This document shows positions 26,894 through 37,810 of a stretch of DNA of 64,000 nt, piece after piece. The stretch lies in NCBI RefSeq assembly GCF_009834535.1, contig NC_045696.1, forward strand, positions 91,886,001 to 91,950,000, written 5' to 3'. Origin of the DNA: Camelus ferus. Taxonomy: Eukaryota. The notes below the pieces were generated by a model. That model made no database searches. It was not told the DNA's origin and worked only from the letters and a program-made list of their open reading frames with translations. The position numbers were made by a program, and so were the translations under genes. Numbering within the stretch: the stretch's first letter is position 1; every line of letters begins with the position of its first letter.

Positions 26894-27821
26894 AACTTCC
26901 CAAAATACACTGAGGGAGCTCTGAGGTAAAATAATCAAAAGACATTGACGGCAATAGTCAGAACTGAAACAATATGAAAAAAAATTCAAATTAGAAGAGA
27001 ATTCTTGGCAGTATTTGGGGATCAATGGCGATAACTGTGTCAACAGATGTTTGTTTCATCAGGTCAATGTTAAAAGGTAAAACTGGAGTAGTCTCCTTAA
27101 GTTATTAGGCTAATAAAACAGAAAAGACCTAGAGACATATAGAGACTACTGAATTAGAAATAATCATTTCTTTGGAACTTTATAGTCTAATTGTAATTTC
27201 TGTGGTGGTTTACTACTAGTTATTTGTTTTTAAAATACAGAATAAGGATCACAAAATTTTAAATACACCCATTTATTTTTTTTAAGTTCTTTTCCTGGAA
27301 AACTGCTAGAAAAAATATCTAAATCGACTATTTAGTTCAGCAGCTAAGAAAGGCAATCGTGACATGAATGCTAGTTTTAAGTTTTTAGAGTTAAAAGTTT
27401 ATTTAGATTAAATATGACATGCAGGCACTGAACAGAAGAGTCATCAAAGCATGAGAAGCCAAGTGCCAATTTTACCTAAGATGAGCATTTATATAATTTT
27501 ATGCAGATATTTTACTTTTAATAGATTTTCATTTTCTAATAAAACAATTCAAAACAAAATTCTATCACTGCTTTCACAAAACCACACAAGATGAATGAAG
27601 GAGCACTTTAGGCTCTTTTTTTTATCTTTCCCAAATATGGAGAAAGAATAGATAGTCCAGTTTCATGAGAGAGAGATGTTTATATTTATCTAAGGAGTGA
27701 GCAGTGAGGGGGACAGAGAGTAAGGTGATATAGGCAAAATTCTATAGCAGGAAAAAAGGCGTGAGGGCCAGGAGTTGTGGACAAGGAACAATCTAGAAGT
27801 TCGGGATAAAAATGTCTTATC

Positions 27822-27881
27822 CTGTACACCAGAAATAGACACAACATTGTAAACTAATTATAACTCAATTAAAAAATAAAA
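27822..27881 (+). mobile_element. 60-bp extreme 3' tip of an L1 with 16-bp TSD
   Basis: CTGTACACCAGAAATAGACACAACATTGTAAACT...A-tail between ATAAAAA(T/A)GTCTTATC copies at 27806-27821 and 27882-27897. Confidence 0.85.
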
Positions 27882-27917
27882 ATAAAAAAGTCTTATCTTT
27901 CTGATGGAAGTGGAGGA

Positions 27918-27977
27918 TTAGTGAAGGCTTCCTGAGGTTTTTTGCTTTTAGTGAAGGCTTCCTGAGGTTTTTTGCTT
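27918..27977. repeat. Perfect 30-bp tandem duplication
   Basis: TTAGTGAAGGCTTCCTGAGGTTTTTTGCTT twice. Confidence 0.95.
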
Positions 27978-28638
27978 TTGATCAGGACAGAATTTTGACA
28001 GAGACTGGAAAGGTACTCGATCAGAGACAGCAACCCGAACCACGGCAAGGTGCCAGGGAAATTGTAGTTGACAAAAATCCTTGAGGAGGCAGTATTTTTC
28101 TTCAATTGTGCAAGTAGTGGTAGAAGAGAGGATTCTCCATCCTCTGTGTGAGCACAAAGCCTCTTGTTTTAATGAGCTGCTGTTTAAAACAAATAACTAA
28201 TGAACTGTCTTCCCATGTAAATGTAGTGTGTGTGTGTGTTAAATGGAGTTAACTATGGGGGTAAAGTTAACTGACATAGCTAACATAGACCCTGGTGGCC
28301 AAGTACATAATAATCTGATGTTTGGCAGACTGTCACAGTGATGTGGCAGGAGCTCATTATTCACAGAAAGCTCACTATTCTCATTTCTGCCATTGTACAA
28401 TGGGTTCACCATCAGTAAAATAAGATGACATTATCTTAAACTCTATTGGGAGCAGAATCTTCCCTAAAATTACCAACTAAATCTCCTTTTAAAATTCCAT
28501 GTATAAATTTGAGAGCATGGATCTAGTGACAGTATAAACAAGGCAAACCGTTTTCATTTAGTACCGTCATTGTAAATCTATTCCAACTTTGTGGCCTAGT
28601 TACTATACTGAATGGAAAGAATTGATAGATCTGACTAT

Positions 28639-29247
28639 TGAGGAAAAATTAAAAATAAAATATCCTGCCAATCAAGGAAATCTCTCCAGGATGCAGAAAG
28701 AAAACAATTTTATTACTGAATAAGCATTTAACTGGACTGTGATGCACAACACTGCTAATATGTTAATGAGATTACAAAGACAGAAGGAAATCTCACTCTT
28801 TATACAGCCAAGAGATACAATCCATTACATACATGTCCTCAAGATAAATGGTAACTTGTCCTCAACATAGCTTGCTATACTCTCTTTCACACTTCGTTTT
28901 AAATTCATTTGGTAACTGAAGTAGCCACCTGCGCTAGCTAATTGCATTTGCTCTAAGGAATACAAATCTCTGTGACAAAGCAGTTGGGTGACTAAAAGTA
29001 AGGCGCTTAGGCTAAACTCTCAAGGTGATATGGAGAGAGGGACCCTATCTTCTTTGATGTTTACATGTTAAAGAAACTGCTCCCAGGTCCTCCAGAGAAA
29101 CATTCTGGGTCTTTAAAAGTTTTGCATACATATTAAAGGGGCAGAGGAAGCATTCACAAATAGGAGGCTTCCCAAGAAAGGGAGGGAAGAGGGTATCTTT
29201 CCCTTTAGCAAGAGGAAAATTTTTTTAATTTTTAATTTACCCTTACG
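28639..29247 (-). mobile_element. Probable old ERV solo LTR, ~600 bp, family uncertain
   Basis: TG start, loosely inverted termini, reverse-strand AATAAA (28709-28714) and TATAAAAG-like box (~28800). Confidence 0.45.
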
Positions 29248-29689
29248 TTATTTTGCGGGTTTTTTTTTTTAATCCAATGAGTCCCCTTTATTCTTTCACA
29301 TTACGCACTTTCCTTTGACAAGGGGTGTGGTTATAACCTGCAGCAACCACGCAGGTATTTGTGAACCTGCTCTCTAACAGGATCACAAGGAAGATATCAA
29401 AAATACAGAAACTTCCTTGATTGTTCACTTCTGATTCCCTTCCTGACCCAAGTGTCAAGCTGGGCCATTATCTCACGTTCCGCTTTCAGGTCGTTCCCTA
29501 AAGCGCTATTCCTTTGGTGTGAATCACCCCAGATGAGGAGGGCAAGGTCACTTGAAGAGAGTGTTCACGTCCTAAGACCTTTCTGAAGGGCGAGGTGGGA
29601 TTTTCCAAGTAGAAACCAAGTGCACATCCAGCCAAAACGGCTGCAAGAGTTTTGAAACCTGTCCCTATCTAACCTCGTTCCCTCAGGAC

Positions 29690-30330
29690 CTGCCATGGGA
29701 AGAAGAGGAGGAGGAGAGTGCGGGAGTGAAACCGAGCCGCGCACTCCGGGGAAGAAAAGAGCGTCCGGACACGGGCCGCAGCGGGGGCCAGAGGCGAGGC
29801 ACGGGGCCCACCCTCTGAGCGAGGCGCCACAGCGCGGCTTTCTGGCCTTCTCCCCGGGTGCCAGCACGCCTCCGCTCCGGAACTGCGCCCAGGGGAACCC
29901 GGTCATCCCGGGGCTCAAGGAAGCCATTCATTGCCTCTCACCTAGACTTCGATTCCGCCGGGTGCGAAACGGCTTTCCCGGTCTCCCAGGAGACCGTGCT
30001 GCTCGTCGACCTGACGTCAGGGCGCGATGACGTCACGGCCCACGCCGTCGCCGACGCGGAAGCGGGGCTCTTCTGCGCCGCCCCGGTCACAGGCGCCGGG
30101 CGGAAGCGGGAAAGCTGGTGGTCCGCGAAGGGGCTCGTCTTGCGCAGCATGCTGTGAGAGGGAGTCGAGGGGCGCTAAGGGCGCGAAGGGCAAGGTGGGG
30201 GAGAGCGGGCTAGAGTTATGGTGGTTGGAGGGAGACAGCCACAGTCCTGCGGCGAGTTGGAGAGACTGGGTCGGGTGAAGGCCGAAGTTCTACCTCTCAC
30301 CACTGGGTCCAGGGCCCTTGTAGCGGACGC
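29690..30330. promoter_or_regulatory. CpG island / LEKR1 promoter
   Basis: High GC and CpG density. TGACGTCA at 30012-30019 and 30028-30035; GCGGAAGCGGG (ETS core) at 30056-30066 and 30100-30110; X-box-like palindrome at 29981-29994. Lies 3 kb upstream of the first coding exon. Confidence 0.9.
29942..30010 (-). other. LEKR1: Predicted LEKR1 non-coding exon 1 (5' end approximate)
   Basis: Strong donor CTAG|GTGAGA at 29942/29941, just downstream of the motif cluster in the gene's orientation. Confidence 0.65.
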
Positions 30331-31574
30331 AGCAGTGGACAGTTTTTGTTCTTAAGGGAAAGAAGAGCGATGCCTATAGAGTTCACGGGTGTAAAGGGAA
30401 GCTCTGGTCGCAGTCGTTGCAGGAAGGGCAAGTTGATTGGGAAGGAAATAGTAAAATTTTCATCCTAGTCCAAAAGTAGTCAAGATGAAGAGCTGAGTTC
30501 AGAAGGTATCTTGAGACTGTAGTCCACAATTATAGAAGGCTGCCCACCTTTAGACGTGACTTACTTTTCCTTACTTAGTTCAAAACAAAGTTTATTGATG
30601 ACCTACTACCCAACAAGCACTGCATAACCAGGCCGGGGTGATGCTCAGTGACTAATCAATGCAGGCAACGCATTCATAGTACGGATCTTTCCTTTTTGAG
30701 GCTTTTATAAGGTCCAAAATCAGCTCTTCCAAGAAATAAAACATTCGCGGCTTGCTAGCAAGGAAAGAGACTTACTACAATTGAATGAAGTAAGGTTAAG
30801 TAAAGACAAAGAAAATTAAAACCTGTGATTTAGAGAAGTGATCAAATGATGCAGAGAGCAGTGCTGGGACAGTAGTCAAATTGCTGATTGATAGCTATTT
30901 ATTAATGAAAATGACAGCGTGGAGTACTGAACAGTTATAAATCCTTGCTCCTCAAAGCACTGAAAGTCTTAGAGATAGATGTAACCTGACCGATATTTTT
31001 GCCCCAACGCCTACCAGTGATTTTCTGTTTCCACTCTATAAAAGAGGACAGCTTTCTTCATCTGGGAAAGATAATTAGAGGATTGAAGAGAGGATTAAAG
31101 GGAGCAGAGGATAGCAGATGAAATGGTCAAGCACTGCATGTTTATGAGAAGCGCAAAGAACTGTCAGCTGTTCATCCTCAGGCTGTTTCTTTGAGGGACA
31201 GTGAAAGTAAGACTGTTATTATTTTGTAACAGTGAGGGGTTAGGTATAGAGCACAAAAAAAAAAAAAACAGTTCATCTACATCCATCAAGTGCTTTATCT
31301 GGAACAGGAATCGTACACCTGAAGCAAGATCACTCTTCTGAGGCTAGTTTGGCTATAGTATGATTATTAGCAATAATAATATTTATTGAGTACTCTGTGC
31401 ATATGATAAGGAAAGGAAACTTTAAGGAAGGGAGAAGGTCCAGCTGCAAGGCTGTATTATAAATCACCGTGTGATCTGACTTCATGTGTGCTTATTCAGC
31501 TCTGCATTGGCCTTGAGAACAATTTTCCTTACACTGTAAATGTCCCTTAGACCTTTACACTGTCCAGTGTCTCT

Positions 31575-31750
31575 TACTGTCCAGTAAGAGAGCCACATTT
31601 GACTACTTAATTTGGTTAAAATGAAATAATTTTAATTCCATTTCTTTATTGCACTGCCCACATTTCAAGTGTTCAGTAGTCACATATTGCTACCGCATAA
31701 GACAGCACATATACAGAACATTTTCATCATTAAAGTCCTATTGAACTTTG
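31575..31750. mobile_element. MER3-like hAT-Charlie DNA transposon fossil
   Basis: CTGTCCAGTA...CCACATTTCAAGTGTTCAGTAGTCACAT...ACAGAACATTTTCATCATT. Confidence 0.7.
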
Positions 31751-33751
31751 GTAGGCCTGGTAAAAATTCAAGGGTGAAGAGAGTTGATAAATTATGAAGA
31801 ACAGCCCTTGTTAAAAGGTAGCAGTGGAAACTTATTCCTGAAGACCAGAGGACAGATGAATTGTGACAGGGTGTTACAAAATAGGTTTTTTTTAAGTTAA
31901 AAAAAAAAAGTGGTAAGCCTCTCCCCAGTGTTGGTGTGTGTTTTTTCTTGGCTCTCAGTTGGTCCCAGTCTCTCCATTTATCTCTGTCCAGGTCTCTTTC
32001 CTTGTTCTTTTTGTTTTTCCACTTCTTTTCCTCACTTCATTATTGGCCATACTGGAACTGAAGTGGAGTTTAAAATATTCACATCATTGGACTTATTGAA
32101 TAAAGTTTTGTTTTATCCACTTCTTAAATTTTAAATCAGCCAAGTTTCACTTTTTACTGTGACTTTTAAAAATAATCACTGATAGCCAAATTAAGTTCCT
32201 TTTAACCTCTTCTGTGACCCTTTGTTGTTTTTTTTCCCCTGTGGGTCAATGAAAGAAAAAAAAAATACTGAAAGGAAAAAATATACTCCCTAGTTCTGAG
32301 AGTAGAGTCTCTGTAAAGTGACTAAACTAGGTCTTTCCACGTGGCCTGCTGACATTTGTGTTGTAGTATTAACGTTTATGAGAACACGGTGTTTGTGCTT
32401 CTGTTTCTGTATGAATTTGAATTTACCTAAGATATTTATCCAGCAGGTCACTGTCATTCATCCCCTTCATTCTGGTAAGTAGTACTATGCCCCTCCTTTC
32501 CTCACCCCGCCACTCCCCTCCCCACATGAAAAGCATGTGGAAGAATAGGTACTTTGTCTGCAAATCTGATACAAATATCAGGAAGTCTACCCAAGATTGC
32601 TAATTTTAAAGTGAGCTCAAAAGAAAGCATGGCAAAATTAGGGTTAGCCCAACTTTATTTTTATCCTGTGAATCAGAACACAGTACAACACTATCTCCTC
32701 AAAAGCTTGAATAAAATGTTTGCAGACAGGTCTCCCAAATTAGAAGCAACAGTGGTTTCAGTGCTATTTCTGGGCTCCATCCAATGCAAGTGCAGAATTT
32801 TTAAAAAGCTAACATTTATTGGGCTCTTTTTATTTGTCAGGCATCTGATACACAATGTCTTATTTATTGAGAATCTTTCTAAATGGAACTCAATCAGATC
32901 CTACTTATTGTTTACTCTCACCCAGATGATGGAAGTGGCCAAGGGCATAGCCCTGCACATGAGCACTGAAATATGCTTGGATGGAATGTGAGTGTTAGCA
33001 GAATCACCTGGGCCTCGGTAGTGTGTTTGTTGGTTCTGCCAGCCAGCCAGTACCCACGGGGCATCAGTCCTCTCTGGATTAGTAACGTATGTAAATACCC
33101 AAAAGGTATTTAATTCTGGGACCATAACTTTGTTTTATACTTACTGTTTTCATAACCTTTCCCATACAGCTTCCAGTTGTTTTTTTTAAAGGGTCAGCTA
33201 CTAGTGACTGCTTGCAACACATTTTATTCCTACCAAGGTATGGATTAGATTTTCTTTCCTAATTTTTTTTAAACTGCTAATCAATAGTTAGACTCCTTTG
33301 TAAAACTATTTTGTCTGTTTTGAACCCCATATAACTCTGGTCAAGAGGTGGCTTGAGGACAAAATACTCTTTGTGGATTTATACTCTGTATATTTTTTAA
33401 TCCATCACATGTGCAGTGTAAACTTGAGTACCTAATAAAATGAAGGTCACAATGTTTAAATAGCATTTCTCTCTAGGAGTTCAAATGTTTTGTCATCTGT
33501 GCAGGAATAAATTGTGTTCTGAACTCTTTAGCCCAGCGAATATAATTACTGAACATAACTTCCAATGGGACAAGTCAGGTCTTAAAGCAATTAACATCTG
33601 CTCTCAAGTATTAAAAGTAATTCAAGCACTACAGTGAAACCTTTGATGATCATAAGTGTATTCTCTTGTGGCGTCTTCACTATTGATAAAGAGCTTTACC
33701 CAAAAATGTACTATGCACCAAATGTAATTCAATATTTGTTACATGAATATA

Positions 33752-34030
33752 TTTATTTTTTAAATTGAGATATAACTGACATGTAACATTAGTTCCAGAT
33801 ATCCAATAGAATGATTCAGTATTTGTTTATATTGTAAAATAATCACCACAGTAAGTATAGTTAACATCCATCACCACATGTAGACACAAATTTTTTTCTT
33901 GTGTTGAGGGCTTTTAAGATCTACTCTTTTAGCTCTTAGATCTACTCTGTAACTTTCAAATATACAGTATGGTATTATGAACTATAGTTACCATGCTGAA
34001 CATTACATCCCCAGAACTTTTTTATTTAAA
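33752..34030 (-). mobile_element. L1 3' UTR fragment
   Basis: TTTTAAATTGAGATATAACTGACA...TAGTTAACATCCATCACC...TTTAAGATCTACTCT. Confidence 0.85.
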
Positions 34031-35782
34031 ATATATTCTTTAAAACTTATCATCCAATATCTAGTCTATAACATGTTAGTAAATCCAAAGACTGAAAATT
34101 GATAACTGTTTTATGCATTAAAAAAAAAATTTTTAAAGAACTTGCTTTTTAAATGAAATTATTGCTTATTTCTGAGATTTCCATGAGATTCTAATGAAGC
34201 ATCTAAAAGTCTAATTCACATTTATTTTGATAAGTGATTGACAGAAGTGATTTCATTCTACCTTTTTAGAGATAAATCTCATGTTTCTGTACCTATAATT
34301 TTAGATAGCTGCAGAATTTATATGAATCAAATCAGAGCAATTTTCCTGTCATTTTATTATATCTCTATTAATAGAATACTTTAATGCCATCAAATAAGGA
34401 GTTGTGAATCATCTTAAAGATATTTCCTTATGAACTACTGATAAAAAAAATCAAACATTATTATCAGATCACATAGATGTAATTATAGTAGCCCTGATTT
34501 CCAAGGGTGTAGAGCAACTAGCAGTCTTAAACACTGCTTTTAGTGTGAAAAGTTAATATTTATTATGTTTTAAACACCTTGAAATGTTGAGAACAATTGT
34601 AGTGGACACCTGATTCCCCTTCTATCTTTTGTTCAGAAATCCTGACCCCATCACCATTCTCTCCCCCTCCACCCCTAAACACACGTGCATCAGCCCAACT
34701 CCAGAAATTAGCTCAGATGAGGTCAGTTCTGCCAGCCACTTCCCCTTACTAGGGATTTAAATTGGGAGTGGGCCTATGACCCAATTATGACCAAACAGTT
34801 TGCTGGAAGCTTCTGGGAAAGTTGTTTCTTATCAGCACATATATTTAGTGTTCATCACAGTCTTGTTTATAACGTTTAAAAATCAGAAACACCAACATGA
34901 AATAAACTGATTTATCAAACAAGAAGATGGTACAGCTGTTAAAAATGATGATGTAGTTCTTTGGTGATGAATGTCCCAATGGATTGTTCTGTGAAAAAAG
35001 CAAATTACAAGTAGTAGTATAAATTTTAAAAAATGTATTCCAAATAGCATTCTAAATATATGTTTGTTAGTTATTACTACCAATATGTATTCTATTGGGA
35101 TATCAGGGTACCTCACAGACTCAACAGAATAACTGAATAACTAAGCTTCAAGAAAGCAGGAAACAGGACTGCTTTGAGAACTCTGGAACTCTAAAAAGCC
35201 ATGGAATGTCTCAGTCCTTTGAGTCTACCACTCACTGAAAGTTGTTTCTGTTCTCTTTTACAGTGTCTGCACATGGTGGGGCAGTGGTGGCTGACAGTCC
35301 AGTTTTGACACCAATAGGAAGATAGGGGACTTCTGTTCCCAACCTCGTTAGAAAAATGCCAGGAAATGACTGTTTAGCACACCTTGAGTTACACACCCTT
35401 GACCAAATCACTGAAGGCAGGAGTCAGGTACACACCTCCTGACTAGTTGTTGTGACCAAGGAGTCAAGGCCACACATCATGACACCTCCCTTGCTAATTA
35501 CACGTCTAGAAGACTAGAGGCAGAAGCAGAACCCAAGGAGGAGGGGCAGAAAGGAAGAATCCTAGCAGACAAAATAAACATTCCTATATATACAAGTGAG
35601 AATCTGAGTTAGGCGGGAGAACATTTCAATGTTAAACAGTGAATCTTGCTCCGTTTCCACATGTGATAAATTGAGAGGTGAACATGTGTATTCTGAAAGA
35701 GCTTCCTGGGAGTTTATGGTAGGTGTCATAACTGGAGAGAATCCCCTCTGTAATGGTGTGTTATTTTTACAACAAAATGTAT

Positions 35783-35804
35783 GTGTGTGTGTGTGTGTGT
35801 GTGT
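35783..35804. repeat. (TG)n microsatellite
   Basis: Direct reading. Confidence 0.95.
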
Positions 35805-36499
35805 CTAACTAAGCACTGTAAGCCCAACGGCAATAATAATAGGGAAATAAATAGAAGCAGTGATCCACCAAATCAAAACATTATTTATTTAAATAAATAA
35901 AATAAGCTAATGTGAAATTTCGAGAGCTTTCAGTCAACTGGAGTAGTTTTGCTTGTTAAACTGTCCTAGTGTGGATATTTTTGTTTTGCCCTCCAAACTT
36001 CATTTATCACCAAATCTACAAACATTTGAATCATATAAATAGATAATGAAATAAATACTTATTCACATGATTTTGAGAAGCAACTTGGTTCATGGCGTCC
36101 TATAAAGCCAGTTAGTTTTGTTTTGTTTTTTTAAACGTCCTTGGGACTCGACTCGCCATATAAAAGAGATCTTTCCAGTTAGTATGTCAAAGAAACCAGG
36201 CACCTCTTCTTTTAAAATAAAACATTAGACAGAACGCTCCTAGCAGGAGTGTAAGTTTGCACAGCATCACGACTCTGTTACTAAGCTTTGTGTAGAGTGG
36301 GCAAAACTTGCGTCGCAAAGCCGCCGTCCTTGCTCTGGTTCCTTCCTGTGGAAGCATGTCACACGAACTGCACCTGTGTGCTGTTCCTCTTAATTTAAAG
36401 CTTTCCTTGGAAAGCTTCCCCAGAACGACTGCTTATTGACAGAGCGCCTCTGGTTCCCAGTTCGTTTAATACATCCTGTCTGAGCGGGTTTTATTACCG

Positions 36500-37810
36500 A
36501 ATGTTACCCACGTCCCGATAACAAGGAGACGGCGTGTCCTCCCCGGTGAACTCACTCCCTGTCCCAGAAATACAGCGTGACTCCCCTCCCCGCTGCGGTT
36601 GTAAAAGTGGAAACCGGGCGCCGCCCTCCAGCACCTGCGCTGCTGCCCGGCGGCGGCGGCGGCGGCGGCGGTGGGCCAGGAAGGCAGGGCTGTCCGGGGC
36701 ACGAAGTGCGTGCGGCCTCCGGGCGGCGGGTCACGCAACCCCGCGGCCCCGCCCCCGCCTCCTGCTCTCGCCGCTTCCGCACTCACTCGCGCTTCCTGGC
36801 GAGCCCGGAGCCCGCCTCGCGTGCAGACACGGCCGCCTAATCCCTCGAGGAATCCTGATTCCGCCCGACCCCCGCTGACTTGAGCCCGAGCGGCCGATGC
36901 CCTCATTTTAACACCGGAAAGTGCCCAGCACCGCTGCTGTAAAGTAAACAGCTCGGGCGGCGGGACGAGGGCTGAGCGGAGCGGGCAAGGGATCAGTCTC
37001 GCCCTGCGGACCCCTCTCGGCTTCCAGAGCAGCCCCTGAGCTTGCTCGCCGCCTGCCGTTATCAGGTCGCTCCTTCGGGAGCCACAGCTGCGTAGCGTCC
37101 TCGCGCCCTCCGGGGTTTGCGCGGAACGGGGCGCGGGCGACCCGCCCCGGGACAGGGACACCAGGAAGGGAGTCCCAAGCCCCCACCACAGCCCCGCCTG
37201 CCGGGAACCGGGCGCGCACCGACCCTCAGGGGCGCACGGAAGGCGAATGGCGTTGCCCGGCGACTGACCCCGGCCACTCGGCGCCTTCCCCAGAACTCCG
37301 ATGCGGGGGTGGCAGCTGTGCGTCAGGGGGCGGCGAGGGGCAGGGTCCGCCGAGGCTGAAAAGAGCGAAGACCACCGCCTGGGAGGTCAGGTTATTTGCT
37401 GACGTCCGGGGGGCCGTCTTTCTGCAGCCTGAGAACACCCGGTGGTGTGGTGATAAGCAGACTGGGCTTTCTGCGCGGCGGGCCTCGGAGGGGCAGCGGG
37501 GCGCGTCCGCACGAAGGCTCCGGGATGGGCGCGCCCGCGGCCCCGGCGCCTCTCACGCTATGCCGCGTGCAGCCCAGGCAGCGCGTGTCGTGACGAGAGA
37601 CGATGAGATCAGTCAGTTACCACAGCGTCGGGGCTGGGAAGTGCAGCCTGTCACGCAGCCCGGCCTCGGCCGCACGCCCGCTCTGCCCGGTGGCCTTGGC
37701 CGCGCCGGCTCCGGCTCCGGCTTCGGCAGAGGGAGCTGGGGGTGAATCAGCCCCTTCCACGGGGTGAAGAGCCCGAGAGGAAAACCGTACAAAATGCAAC
37801 GTGCGCAGTT
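36500..37810. promoter_or_regulatory. Second CpG island; candidate promoter of a non-coding transcript (possible LINC00886 positional orthologue)
   Basis: About 1.3 kb of GC/CpG-rich sequence with GC boxes (GCCCCGCCCCC), ETS cores, half-CRE TGACGTC and multiple GCGTG cores. No recognisable ORF. The lncRNA link rests only on recalled human synteny. Confidence 0.85.
36648..36671. repeat. (CGG)8 trinucleotide repeat
   Basis: Direct reading. Confidence 0.95.

Noticed and set aside
29565..30278. ORFs across the LEKR1 promoter island
   Set aside because: Same GC-rich stop-codon depletion; the real CDS starts at 26893.
32554..32991. 145-aa ORF between the two islands
   Set aside because: Non-ATG start, no recognisable domain or exon structure; consistent with chance.
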